Positions 49,952 to 63,816 of a stretch of 64,000 nt of DNA are shown here, in pieces. How positions within the stretch are numbered: position 1 is the first letter of the stretch; each line of letters begins with the position of its first letter. The notes beneath the pieces were generated by a model that searched no databases, was not told the origin of the DNA, and was given only the letters and a program-made list of their open reading frames with translations. Made by a program: the position numbers and the translations under genes. The stretch is from Macrostomum hystrix (lineage: Eukaryota > Animalia > Platyhelminthes), in the NCBI GenBank assembly GCA_950097015.1, contig CATNEN010000001.1:14198001-14262000 (forward strand). The letters are read 5' to 3'.

Positions 49952-50350
49952 ATGTAAAATTACATATTTCCCATTGGAATTATTGTTTCCTTAAAAATCG
50001 ACTTATTTGAACAAATAAAACTGATGCTAACCTTAAAATGTGAGGCTTTATGTATTATGCTACTAACAGTAAAATGTTCACACCAAATGAATAAATCTTT
50101 CTTGGATTTTTTGCTCTGGAAGCTCAGTTGCTTAGTTCCGATGCTGAAAAAACTACACTCTGAAGAATTATAAACTGAATATAAATATAATTATAAATAC
50201 ACTGAAATCACAAATTGGACAATGCTCCACAACAGGGTTAATCACTCTGATTAGTATATGACATGTTTGTCTGTATTATCCAAAGTTTGACAGGTGCAGA
50301 TCTTTAAAATGCGAGACAGGCTCTGATATGTCCAACATGATATGTTGGAC

Positions 50351-50700
50351 GAGGGTGACTGGCAGAGTGGTCTAACGGGTTTGCCTCTCGGACCAAGGTC
50401 CCTGAGCTCGATTCCGCGGCGAGGTCACATTCATTTGGGGCGCAGCCGCAGAGAGAAGGCTTGGGGGCTTGTCGTGCAATTTACGCCCTTGAGGGCCAAC
50501 CGCCAAGGCACAGTGAGAGTGTACACTGCCTGACGATGAGAAAGTCAGGGCAGATGTAACACCTGTGTGAGTGTGTGCCTGCGTACAGTATCTGTGTGCG
50601 TGTGTGCTCAGGAGTCAGAGGAATGTGCAGAATTGCCTCCTCACTGGCTGCGGGTCTAGTGTCACCAAATGATGTGCCACTGCCCGCAGCCCTCCTGCAG
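50351..50700 (+). mobile_element. SINE family B, copy 2 (with 3' hairpin)
   Basis: TGGCAGAGTGG, GCTCGATTCC, body matching 39008-39315, and terminal stem ggctgcggg..cccgcagcc. Confidence 0.8.
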
Positions 50701-50719
50701 TTATATTATATAAATATAT

Positions 50720-51042
50720 ATAACATGTTAGACAACTTCCGATCTGTAACATGTTAGACAGGTTCGGATCTGTAACATGTTAGACAGGTTCTGATCTGTA
50801 ACATGTTAGACAGGTTCGGATCTGTAACATGTTAGACAACTTCTGATCTGTAACATGTTAGACAGGTTCTGATCTGTAACATGTTAGACAGGTTCGGATT
50901 TGTAACATGTTAGACAGGTTCTGATCTGTAACATGTTAGACAGGTTCGGATTTGTAACATGTTAGACAGGTTCTGATCTGTAACATGTTAGACAGGTTCG
51001 GATTTGTAACATGTTAGACAGGTTAAGATCTGTAACATGTTA
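50720..51042 (-). repeat. 26-bp minisatellite, inverted relative to 46477-46862
   Basis: (tgtaacatgttagacaggttctgatc)n on the + strand. Confidence 0.95.
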
Positions 51043-51178
51043 ATCATATAAGCAAAAATAAATAAAATCTAAATCTGATTTTTTATCCACAATTTCACAC
51101 CCGAAATTTTCTTCAGACAACTTCAAATATTATATTTTTTCAGCAACATCAACCACAGTCGCTGTCAAATTATCAGCA

Positions 51179-52355
51179 TCAAATTGAACCATAGAAGGCC
51201 AGCAGACAGCGCCACAGCATGGATAAATTGACGCCCAGACCAATGAAAAACGTTGCAGCCCTGGCTGGCTGCCTGAGTGGCAGCTGATAGGCCAGGGTGT
51301 GAGCCAACCGGCTGGCAGCGAAGATTCTAAAATGCCACACGGCTGTCCAGTAGTCAGGCTCGGTGAACAGGTACAGACCTCCGAGGAGAACAAAGGGCAG
51401 CACATTCTCCAGGTCGTTCTGGTGATTCCTGTTGGCGTTTTATTTGTTACTCTTTTTTCGGATCATTTTTTGGAGTTGGGGAATCGAACTCACAACCTCA
51501 CCTCCGTACGCGCTCAACATTCTCATTGTGCGCCACACCGCGCGAGCCGAAGAAGGCGCGATCTTCCGGATTGGCAAATGACTGCGAATGACAATGCGAA
51601 TGAACAGGTATCTAATAGGTGACACTATATGTATAACAGGTGACACTAGATATCTAACAGGTGACACTAGATATCTAACAGGTGACACTAGATATCTAAC
51701 AGGTGACACTAGATATCTAACAGGTGACACTAGATATCTAACAGGTGACACTAGATATCTAACAGGTGACACTAGATATCTAACAGGTGACACTAGATAT
51801 CTAACAGGTGACACTAGATATCTAACAGGTGACACTAGATATCTAACAGGTGACACTAGATATCTAACAGGTGACACTAGATATCTAACAGGTGACACTA
51901 GATATCTAACAGGTGACACTAGATATCTAACAGGTGACACTAGATATCTAACAGGTGACACTAGATATCTAACAGGTGACACTAGATATCTAACAGGTGA
52001 CACTAGATATCTAACAGGTGACACTAGATATCTAACAGGTGACACTAGATATCTAACAGGTGACACTAGATATCTAACAGGTGACACTAGATATCTAACA
52101 GGTGACACTAGATATCTAACAGGTGACACTAGATATCTAACAGGTGACACTAGATATCTAACAGGTGACACTAGATATCTAACATTAAATGTAGCATCAA
52201 GTTGAACATCAAATGTCAGCAACAATACTAACCTTGTGCCTGAGCCGTTTCAGTGAAGTCAGGACACTCATTAGCAAAGTTTTGCCAATGACCAGGGCTG
52301 CATAGAATGCGAATGCCTGGAACAGCTGCTGCGGAACACCCGGCGGACTGATCAT
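51179..52355 (-). CDS. MGST1: Microsomal glutathione S-transferase 1-like (MAPEG), 150 aa; exons 52355-52233, 51581-51502, 51428-51179
   Basis: Spliced protein contains FANPED, VERVRRNHQNDLENVLPF and HFRIFAASRLAHTLAY, hallmarks of MGST1/PTGES-type MAPEG proteins; 453 nt in frame. Confidence 0.88.
51600..52183 (+). repeat. Near-perfect 21-bp minisatellite (tatctaacaggtgacactaga)n in MGST1 intron 1
   Basis: About 27 units, most identical. Confidence 0.97.
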
Positions 52356-52729
52356 GGCTTTGCTGGACTGTGGAGAATGGGGCTCTGAGTAAAACTCTGC
52401 GAGTGTGTTAGTCAGCTAGCACCTGTTCTGCCTGGCTTTTAAACTATCAGGCATGAGGCATGAGCATTTCACAGCCAATGCCAGACCTCTCTACTCTCCA
52501 TGCAGATATTAGACAGTGGGCGCACAATTATTTTTCTGCAGTTACATTCGGGCTACTGTACAGTTGCGGTGTTTTTTTCTCTCTTTGTTGCAACTTGAAA
52601 ATGGGTCGAGTAAGGGGGAGAGAGCACGGGGTTGAGACCATATGTACAGTCACTTCACAATGACTGTATGTATTTCAACTCTGGTCAATGCAGTGAATAG
52701 CCTCTTTTGAAAATAATGTATTTTACCCA

Positions 52730-54135
52730 TGAGATTATCACTTTGAGATCTCACCTCTGAGATTGACACTTTGAGATCTCACCTCTGAGATTGACACTTT
52801 GAGATCTCACCTCTGAGACTGACACTTTGAGATCTCACCTCTGAGATAGACACTTTGAGATCTCACCTCTGAGACTGACACTTTCAGATCTCACCTCTGA
52901 GACTGACACTTTGAGATCTCACCTCTGAGACTGACACTTTGAGATCTCACCTCTGAGACTGACACTTTGAGATCTCACCTCTGAGACTGACACTTTCAGA
53001 TCTCACCTCTGAGACTGACACTTTGAGATCTCACCTCTGAGACTGACACTTTGAGATCTCACCTCTGAGACTGACACTTTGAGATCTCACCTCTGAGACT
53101 GACACTTTGAGATCTCACCTCTGAGACTGACACTTTGAGATCTCACCTCTGAGACTGACACTTTGAGATCTCACCTCTGAGACTGACACTTTCAGATCTC
53201 ACCTCTGAGACTGACACTTTGAGATCTCACCTCTGAGATTGACACTTTGAGATCTCACCTCTGAGACTGACATTTGAAATCTCACCTCTGAGACTGACAC
53301 TTTGAGATCTCACCTCTGAGACTGACACTTTGAGATCTCACCTCTGAGATTGACACTTTGAGATCTCACCTCTGAGACTGGCACTTTGAGATCTCACTTC
53401 TGAGACTGACACTTTGAGATCTCACCTCTGAGACTGACACTTTGAGATCTCACCTCTGAGACTGACACTTTCAGATCTCACCTCTGAGATAGACACTTTG
53501 AGATCTCACCTCTGAGATTGACACTTTGAGATCTCACCTCTGAGACTGACACTTTGAGATCTCACCTCTGAGATAGACACTTTGAGATCTCACCTCTGAG
53601 ACTGACACTTTCAGATCTCACCTCTGAGACTGACACTTTGAGATCTCACCTCTGAGATTGACACTTTGAGATCTCACCTCTGAGACTGACACTTTCAGAT
53701 CTCACCTCTGAGACTGACACTTTGAGATCTCACCTCTGAGACTGACACTTTGAGATCTCACCTCTGAGACTGACACTTTCAGATCTCACCTCTGAGACTG
53801 ACACTTTGAGATCTCACCTCTGAGACTGACACTTTCAGATCTCACCTCTGAGACTGACACTTTGAGATCTCACCTCTGAGACTGACACTTTGAGATCTCA
53901 CCTCTGAGACTGACACTTTGAGATCTCACCTCTGAGATTGACACTTTGAGATCTCACCTCTGAGACTGACATTTGAAATCTCACCTCTGAGACTGACACT
54001 TTGAGATCTCACCTCTGAGACTGGCACTTTGAGATCTCACCTCTGAGATTGACATTTGAAATCTCACCTCTGAGACTGACACTTTGAGATCTCACCTCTG
54101 AGATTGGCACTTTGAGATCTCACCTCTGAGATTGA
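52730..54135. repeat. 28-bp satellite (ctttgagatctcacctctgagactgaca)n
   Basis: About 50 units between CFAP300 and MGST1; most contain the palindrome tgagatctca. Confidence 0.97.
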
Positions 54136-54383
54136 ACCTTGATTAAAGTGTGTATTATTTTTTATTCAGGGGGCTAACACAGAAAGTTAACAGTTTTTTC
54201 TCAGTGTCTGGTGAATATTAAATCATCGAAGCTCTTGTCCTCATTAACTTATATTAATTTCCTAAATAGAAAACTTGGAAAACAAGAAATATGGACGGAA
54301 ATGTTTTAAAAAATGTAGATCAGAAATCAACTGTTCAAAATGTATTTTAGCAGCAAGAACCTGCAAGCTGAATTGCTTCTCTT

Positions 54384-57300
54384 CTAGAACAGGCCATTGC
54401 CAAACTGGTGATGCAAAACAAAGGCCAGCCGTTTCAGCGGGTCGATGATGACATAGGCGAAGGTGTTCAGGTGCAGCGGTTCGCAGCCTGGGTAGAATGC
54501 GCGACCCCGCTCGTCCTGGTGAAACGGGAGATCCGAGTGGGGGAATTGGGATCTGTTAGACACCTGTTATGAACATGTTAGACAGGACTGTGCTATGTTA
54601 GTCAAGACTGTGACATGTTAGACAAGACTGTGACATGTTAGACAAGACTGTGACATGTTAGACAGGACTGTGACATGTTAGACAAGACTGTGACATGTTA
54701 GACAAGACTGTGACATGTTAGACAAGACTGTGACATGTTAGACAAGACTGTGACATGTTAGACAGGACTGTGACATGTTAGACAAGACTGTGACATGTTA
54801 GACAAGACTGTGACATGTTAGACAAGACTGTGACATGTTAGACAGGACTGTGCTATGTTAGTCAAGACTGTGATATGTTAGTCAAGACTGTGACATGTTA
54901 GACAGGACTGTGACATGTTAGACAAGACTGTGACATGTTAGTCAAGACTGTGAGATGTTAGACAAAACTGTGACATGTTAGACAAGACTGTGACATGTTA
55001 GCCAAGACTGTGACATGTTAGACAGGACTGTGACATGTTAGACAAGACTGTGACATGTTAGACAAGACTGTGACATGTTAGACAGGACTGTGACATGTTA
55101 GACAAGACTGTGACATGTTAGTCAAGACTGTGACATACTAGGCAGGACTGTGACATGTTAGACAAGACTGTGACATGTTAGACAGGACTGTGCTATGTTA
55201 GTCAAGACTGTGACATGTTAGACAGGACTGTGACATGTTAGACAAGACTGTGACATGTTAGTCAAGACTGTGACATACTAGACAGGACTGTGACATGTTA
55301 GACAGGACTGTGACATGTTAGACAAGACTGTGACATGTTAGTCAAGACTGTGACATGTTAGACAAGACTGTGACATGTTAGTCAAGACTGTGACATGTTA
55401 GACAGGACTGTGACATGTTAGACAAGACTGTGACATGTTAGACAAGACTGTGACATGTTAGACAAGACTGTGACATGTTAGCCAAGACTGTGACATGTTA
55501 GACAGGACTGTGACATGTTAGACAAGACTGTGACATGTTAGACAGGACTGTGACATGTTAGACAAGACTGTGACATGTTAGACAAGACTGTGACATGTTA
55601 GTCAAGACTGTGACATGTTAGACAAAACTGTGACATGTTAGTCAAGACTGTGACATGTTAGACAGGACGATGACATGTTAGACAGGACTGTGAAATGTTA
55701 GTCAAGACTGTGACATGTTAGACAAAACTGTGACATGTTATTCAAGACTGTGACATGTTAGTCAAGACTGTGACATGTTAGACAAAACTGTGACATGTTA
55801 GTCAAGACTGTGACATGTTAGACTGTGATATGTTAGACAGGACTGTGACACGTTAGACAGGACTGTGATATGTTAGACAGGACGATGACATGTTAGACAG
55901 GACTGTGACATGTTAGATAGGACTGTGACATGTTAGACAGGACTGTGACATGTTAGATAGGACTGTGACATGTTAGATAGGACTGTGACATGTTAGACAG
56001 GACTGTGACATGTTAGATAGGACTGTGACATGTTAGATAGGACTGTGACATGTTAGACAGGACTGTGACATGTTAGACAGGACTGTGACATGTTAGATAG
56101 GACTGTGACATGTTAGACAGGACTGTGACATGTTAGACAGGACTGTGACATGTTAGACAAGACTGTGACATGTTAGACAAGACTGTGACATGTTAGACAA
56201 GACTGTGACATGTTAGCCAAGACTGTGACATGTTAGACAGGACTGTGACATGTTAGACAAGACTGTGACATGTTAGACAGGACTGTGACATGTTAGACAA
56301 GACTGTGACATGTTAGACAAGACTGTGCTATGTTAGTCAAGACTGTGATATGTTAGTCAAGACTGTGACATGTTAGACAGGACTGTGACATGTTAGTAAA
56401 GACTGTGACATGTTAGACAGGACTGTGACATGTTAGTCAAGACTGTGACATGTTATACAGGACTGTGACATGTTAGACAAGACTGTGACATGTTAGTCAA
56501 GACTGTGAGATGTTAGACAAGACTGTGACATGTTAGTCAAGACTGTGACATACTAGACAGGACTGTGACATGTTAGACAGGACTGTGACATGTTAGACAA
56601 GACTGTGACATGTTAGTCAAGACTGTGACATGTTAGACAAGACTGTGACATGTTAGTCAAGACTGTGACATGTTAGACAGGACTGTGACATGTTAGACAA
56701 GACTGTGACATGTTAGACAAGACTGTGACATGTTAGACAAGACTGTGACATGTTAGCCAAGACTGTGACATGTTAGACAGGACTGTGACATGTTAGACAA
56801 GACTGTGACATGTTAGACAGGACTGTGACATGTTAGACAAGACTGTGACATGTTAGACAAGACTGTGACATGTTAGTCAAGACTGTGACATGTTAGCCAA
56901 GACTGTGACATGTTAGACAGGACTGTGACATGTTAGACAAGACTGTGACATGTTAGACAAGACTGTGACATGTTAGACAGGACTGTGACATGTTAGACAA
57001 GACTGTGACATGTTAGTCAAGACTGTGACATACTAGGCAGGACTGTGACATGTTAGACAAGACTGTGACATGTTAGACAGGACTGTGCTATGTTAGTCAA
57101 GACTGTGACATGTTAGACAGGACTGTGACATGTTAGACAAGACTGTGACATGTTAGTCAAGACTGTGACATACTAGACAGGACTGTGACATGTTAGACAG
57201 GACTGTGACATGTTAGACAAGACTGTGACATGTTAGTCAAGACTGTGACATGTTAGACAAGACTGTGACATGTTAGTCAAGACTGTGACATGTTAGACAG

Positions 57301-60300
57301 GACTGTGACATGTTAGACAAGACTGTGACATGTTAGACAAGACTGTGACATGTTAGACAAGACTGTGACATGTTAGCCAAGACTGTGACATGTTAGACAG
57401 GACTGTGACATGTTAGACAAGACTGTGACATGTTAGACAGGACTGTGACATGTTAGACAAGACTGTGACATGTTAGACAAGACTGTGACATGTTAGTCAA
57501 GACTGTGACATGTTAGACAAAACTGTGACATGTTAGTCAAGACTGTGACATGTTAGACAGGACGATGACATGTTAGACAGGACTGTGAAATGTTAGTCAA
57601 GACTGTGACATGTTAGACAAAACTGTGACATGTTATTCAAGACTGTGACATGTTAGTCAAGACTGTGACATGTTAGACAAAACTGTGACATGTTAGTCAA
57701 GACTGTGACATGTTAGACTGTGATATGTTAGACAGGACTGTGACACGTTAGACAGGACTGTGATATGTTAGACAGGACGATGACATGTTAGACAGGACTG
57801 TGACATGTTAGATAGGACTGTGACATGTTAGACAGGACTGTGACATGTTAGATAGGACTGTGACATGTTAGATAGGACTGTGACATGTTAGACAGGACTG
57901 TGACATGTTAGATAGGACTGTGACATGTTAGATAGGACTGTGACATGTTAGACAGGACTGTGACATGTTAGACAGGACTGTGACATGTTAGATAGGACTG
58001 TGACATGTTAGACAGGACTGTGACATGTTAGACAGGACTGTGACATGTTAGACAAGACTGTGACATGTTAGACAAGACTGTGACATGTTAGACAAGACTG
58101 TGACATGTTAGCCAAGACTGTGACATGTTAGACAGGACTGTGACATGTTAGACAAGACTGTGACATGTTAGACAGGACTGTGACATGTTAGACAAGACTG
58201 TGACATGTTAGACAAGACTGTGCTATGTTAGTCAAGACTGTGATATGTTAGTCAAGACTGTGACATGTTAGACAGGACTGTGACATGTTAGTAAAGACTG
58301 TGACATGTTAGACAGGACTGTGACATGTTAGTCAAGACTGTGACATGTTATACAGGACTGTGACATGTTAGACAAGACTGTGACATGTTAGTCAAGACTG
58401 TGAGATGTTAGACAAGACTGTGACATGTTAGTCAAGACTGTGACATACTAGACAGGACTGTGACATGTTAGACAGGACTGTGACATGTTAGACAAGACTG
58501 TGACATGTTAGTCAAGACTGTGACATGTTAGACAAGACTGTGACATGTTAGTCAAGACTGTGACATGTTAGACAGGACTGTGACATGTTAGACAAGACTG
58601 TGACATGTTAGACAAGACTGTGACATGTTAGACAAGACTGTGACATGTTAGCCAAGACTGTGACATGTTAGACAGGACTGTGACATGTTAGACAAGACTG
58701 TGACATGTTAGACAGGACTGTGACATGTTAGACAAGACTGTGACATGTTAGACAAGACTGTGACATGTTAGTCAAGACTGTGACATGTTAGACAAAACTG
58801 TGACATGTTAGTCAAGACTGTGACATGTTAGACAGGACGATGACATGTTAGACAGGACTGTGAAATGTTAGTCAAGACTGTGACATGTTAGACAAAACTG
58901 TGACATGTTATTCAAGACTGTGACATGTTAGTCAAGACTGTGACATGTTAGACAAAACTGTGACATGTTAGTCAAGACTGTGACATGTTAGACTGTGATA
59001 TGTTAGACAGGACTGTGACACGTTAGACAGGACTGTGATATGTTAGACAGGACGATGACATGTTAGACAGGACTGTGACATGTTAGATAGGACTGTGACA
59101 TGTTAGACAGGACTGTGACATGTTAGACAGGACTGTGACATGTTAGATAGGACTGTGACATGTTAGACAGGACTGTGACATGTTAGATAGGACTGTGACA
59201 TGTTAGATAGGACTGTGACATGTTAGACAGGACTGTGACATGTTAGATAGGACTGTGACATGTTAGATAGGACTGTGACATGTTAGACAAGACTGTGACA
59301 TGTTAGACAAGACTGTGCTATGTTAGACAAGACTGTGACATGTTAGACAAGACTGTGACATGTTAGACAAGACTGTGACATGTTAGCCAAGACTGTGACA
59401 TGTTAGACAGGACTGTGACATGTTAGACAAGACTGTGACATGTTAGACAGGACTGTGACATGTTAGACAAGACTGTGACATGTTAGACAAGACTGTGCTA
59501 TGTTAGTCAAGACTGTGATATGTTAGTCAAGACTGTGACATGTTAGACAGGACTGTGACATGTTAGTAAAGACTGTGACATGTTAGACAGGACTGTGACA
59601 TGTTAGTCAAGACTGTGACATGTTATACAGGACTGTGACATGTTAGACAAGACTGTGACATGTTAGTCAAGACTGTGAGATGTTAGACAAAACTGTGACA
59701 TGTTAGACAAGACTGTGACATGTTAGCCAAGACTGTGACATGTTAGACAGGACTGTGACATGTTAGACAAGACTGTGACATGTTAGACAAGACTGTGACA
59801 TGTTAGACAGGACTGTGACATGTTAGACAAGACTGTGACATGTTAGTCAAGACTGTGACATGTTAGACAGGACTGTGACATGTTAGACAAGACTGTGACA
59901 TGTTAGACAAGACTGTGACATGTTAGTCAAGACTGTGACATGTTAGACAAAACTGTGACATGTTAGTCAAGACTGTGACATGTTAGACAGGACGATGACA
60001 TGTTAGACAGGACTGTGAAATGTTAGTCAAGACTGTGACATGTTAGACAAAACTGTGACATGTTATTCAAGACTGTGACATGTTAGTCAAGACTGTGACA
60101 TGTTAGACAAAACTGTGACATGTTAGTCAAGACTGTGACATGTTAGACTGTGATATGTTAGACAGGACTGTGACACGTTAGACAGGACTGTGATATGTTA
60201 GACAGGACGATGACATGTTAGACAGGACTGTGACATGTTAGATAGGACTGTGACATGTTAGACAGGACTGTGACATGTTAGATAGGACTGTGACATGTTA

Positions 60301-63300
60301 GATAGGACTGTGACATGTTAGACAGGACTGTGACATGTTAGATAGGACTGTGACATGTTAGATAGGACTGTGACATGTTAGACAGGACTGTGACATGTTA
60401 GACAGGACTGTGACATGTTAGATAGGACTGTGACATGTTAGACAGGACTGTGACATGTTAGACAGGACTGTGACATGTTAGACAAGACTGTGACATGTTA
60501 GACAAGACTGTGACATGTTAGACAAGACTGTGACATGTTAGCCAAGACTGTGACATGTTAGACAGGACTGTGACATGTTAGACAAGACTGTGACATGTTA
60601 GACAGGACTGTGACATGTTAGACAAGACTGTGACATGTTAGACAAGACTGTGACATGTTAGTCAAGACTGTGACATGTTAGACAAAACTGTGACATGTTA
60701 GTCAAGACTGTGACATGTTAGACTGTGATATGTTAGACAGGACTGTGACACGTTAGACAGGACTGTGATATGTTAGACAGGACGATGACATGTTAGACAG
60801 GACTGTGACATGTTAGATAGGACTGTGACATGTTAGACAGGACTGTGACATGTTAGATAGGACTGTGACATGTTAGATAGGACTGTGACATGTTAGACAG
60901 GACTGTGACATGTTAGATAGGACTGTGACATGTTAGATAGGACTGTGACATGTTAGACAAGACTGTGACATGTTAGACAAGACTGTGCTATGTTAGTCAA
61001 GACTGTGATATGTTAGTCAAGACTGTGACATGTTAGACAGGACTGTGACATGTTAGTAAAGACTGTGACATGTTAGACAGGACTGTGACATGTTAGTCAA
61101 GACTGTGACATGTTATACAGGACTGTGACATGTTAGACAAGACTGTGACATGTTAGTCAAGACTGTGAGATGTTAGACAAAACTGTGACATGTTAGACAA
61201 GACTGTGACATGTTAGCCAAGACTGTGACATGTTAGACAGGACTGTGACATGTTAGACAAGACTGTGACATGTTAGACAAGACTGTGACATGTTAGACAG
61301 GACTGTGACATGTTAGACAAGACTGTGACATGTTAGTCAAGACTGTGACATGTTAGACAGGACTGTGACATGTTAGACAAGACTGTGACATGTTAGACAA
61401 GACTGTGACATGTTAGACAAGACTGTGACATGTTAGCCAAGACTGTGACATGTTAGACAGGACTGTGACATGTTAGACAAGACTGTGACATGTTAGACAG
61501 GACTGTGACATGTTAGACAAGACTGTGACATGTTAGACAAGACTGTGACATGTTAGTCAAGACTGTGACATGTTAGACAAAACTGTGACATGTTAGTCAA
61601 GACTGTGACATGTTAGACAGGACGATGACATGTTAGACAGGACTGTGAAATGTTAGTCAAGACTGTGACACGTTAGACAAAACTGTGACATGTTATTCAA
61701 GACTGTGACATGTTAGTCAAGACTGTGACATGTTAGACAAAACTGTGACATGTTAGTCAAGACTGTGACATGTTAGACTGTGATATGTTAGACAGGACTG
61801 TGACACGTTAGACAGGACTGTGATATGTTAGACAGGACGATGACATGTTAGACAGGACTGTGACATGTTAGATAGGACTGTGACATGTTAGACAGGACTG
61901 TGACATGTTAGATAGGACTGTGACATGTTAGATAGGACTGTGACATGTTAGACAGGACTGTGACATGTTAGATAGGACTGTGACATGTTAGATAGGACTG
62001 TGACATGTTAGACAGGACTGTGACATGTTAGACAGGACTGTGACATGTTAGATAGGACTGTGACATGTTAGACAGGACTGTGACATGTTAGACAGGACTG
62101 TGACATGTTAGACAAGACTGTGACATGTTAGACAAGACTGTGACATGTTAGACAAGACTGTGACATGTTAGCCAAGACTGTGACATGTTAGACAGGACTG
62201 TGACATGTTAGACAAGACTGTGACATGTTAGACAGGACTGTGACATGTTAGACAAGACTGTGACATGTTAGACAAGACTGTGACATGTTAGTCAAGACTG
62301 TGACATGTTAGACAAAACTGTGACATGTTAGTCAAGACTGTGACATGTTAGACTGTGATATGTTAGACAGGACTGTGACACGTTAGACAGGACTGTGATA
62401 TGTTAGACAGGACGATGACATGTTAGACAGGACTGTGACATGTTAGATAGGACTGTGACATGTTAGATAGGACTGTGACATGTTAGACAGGACTGTGACA
62501 TGTTAGATAGGACTGTGACATGTTAGATAGGACTGTGACATGTTAGACAGGACTGTGACATGTTAGATAGGACTGTGACATGTTAGACAGGACTGTGACA
62601 TGTTAGACAGGACTGTGACATGTTAGATAGGACTGTGACATGTTAGACAGGACTGTGACATGTTAGACAGGACGATGACATGTTAGACGACTCACCCTTG
62701 CCACAACCTTGTAGACATGGGAGATCACCTGCAGCTTCTTTGTATCCGAGTCCTTTTGAACGCTGAAATTTTATAAGTTCCTGCTAGATTAACCCGACTG
62801 AGCGGTAAAAGAGACAAAATAGAGAATTACTGAATCTAACAACAAGGTATGTGAATTTTTAGAGTTAGGATGTCTAACAGTCAGTTTAAGATGTCTAACA
62901 GGTAAAGTTTGGGATGTCGAATGGGTAATTTTGGCTGTCTAACAGGTAATTTTGGCTGTCTAACAGGCAAGTTTGGCTGTCTAACAGGCAAGTTTGGCTG
63001 CCTAACATGTAAGTTTGGCTGTCTAACAGGTAATTTTGGCTGTCTAACAGGTAAGTTTGGGATGTCTAACAGGTAAGTTTGGCTGTCTAACAGGTAATTT
63101 TGGCTGTCTAACAGGTAAGTTTTTGATGTCTAACAGGTAAGTTTGGATGTCTAACAGGTAAGTTTGGATGTCTAACAGTCAGTTTAAGATGTCTAACAGG
63201 TAAAGTTTGGGATGTCGAATGGGTAATTTTGGCTGTCTAACAGGTAATTTTGGCTGTCTAACAGGCAAGTTTGGCTGTCTAACAGGTAATTTTGGCTGTC

Positions 63301-63816
63301 TAACAGGTAAGTTTTTGATGTCTAACAGGTAAGTTTGGATGTCTAACAGGTAAGTTTGGGATGTCTAACAGGTAAGTTTGGATGTCTAACAGGTAAGTTT
63401 GGGATGTCTAACAGGTAAGTTTGGATGTCTAACAGGTAAGTTTGGATGTCTAACAGGTAAGTTTTGGATGTCTAACAGGTAAGTTTGGATGTCTAACAGG
63501 TAAAGTTTGTGATGTCTAACGGGTAATTTTGGCTGTCTAACAGGTAATTTTGGCTGTCTAACAGGTAAGTTTGGGATGTCTAACAGGTAAAGTTTGGAAT
63601 GTTTAACAGGTTGTTATGTTCCAACAATCTTTCTTAAGCTCACGTGACGAGGTCCTTGTACACAGCCTTTGCAATGTCCAGGTAGGGGTGAATGGAATCT
63701 TCAAATTGGCACAGTCGACCGCCTATCGAAAAGTGCATCAACAGGCGAAACAGAAATTCGTTGCGCTCAGATTCGTCGTACAAAAGATAGGCCTCGCTAT
63801 CTTCATTCAGTAGCAT
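54384..63816 (-). CDS. CFAP300: Cilia- and flagella-associated protein 300 (C11orf70), 3' exons 63816-63644, 62762-62696, 54515-54384; 5' part beyond the window
   Basis: Spliced MLLNEDSEAYLLYDESERNEFLFRLLMHFSIGGRLCQFEDSIHPYLDIAKAVYKDLVTVQKDSDTKKLQVISHVYKVVARDERGRAFYPGCEPLHLNTFAYVIIDPLKRLAFVLHHQFG matches the CFAP300 C-terminus as I recall it (LGGALCQYED..YKDLVSV.K..F.Y.IVDP..R). All junctions are GT-AG and in phase; the exons are too short for the ORF track. Confidence 0.9.
54552..62690. repeat. 8.1-kb 20-bp satellite (gactgtgacatgttagacaR)n inside the last CFAP300 intron
   Basis: About 400 units with recurring variants. Confidence 0.98.
62868..63611 (+). repeat. 21-22-bp minisatellite (gatgtctaacaggtaagtttg)n in a CFAP300 intron
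   Basis: Fills most of the 881-bp intron 62763-63643. Confidence 0.95.

Noticed and set aside
51440-52225. RYLVSPV and TGDTRYL repeat ORFs
   Set aside because: 21-bp satellite within MGST1 intron 1.
52730-62690. CRISPR-like appearance of regular palindromic repeats
   Set aside because: No unique spacers, no cas genes, and a eukaryotic context.
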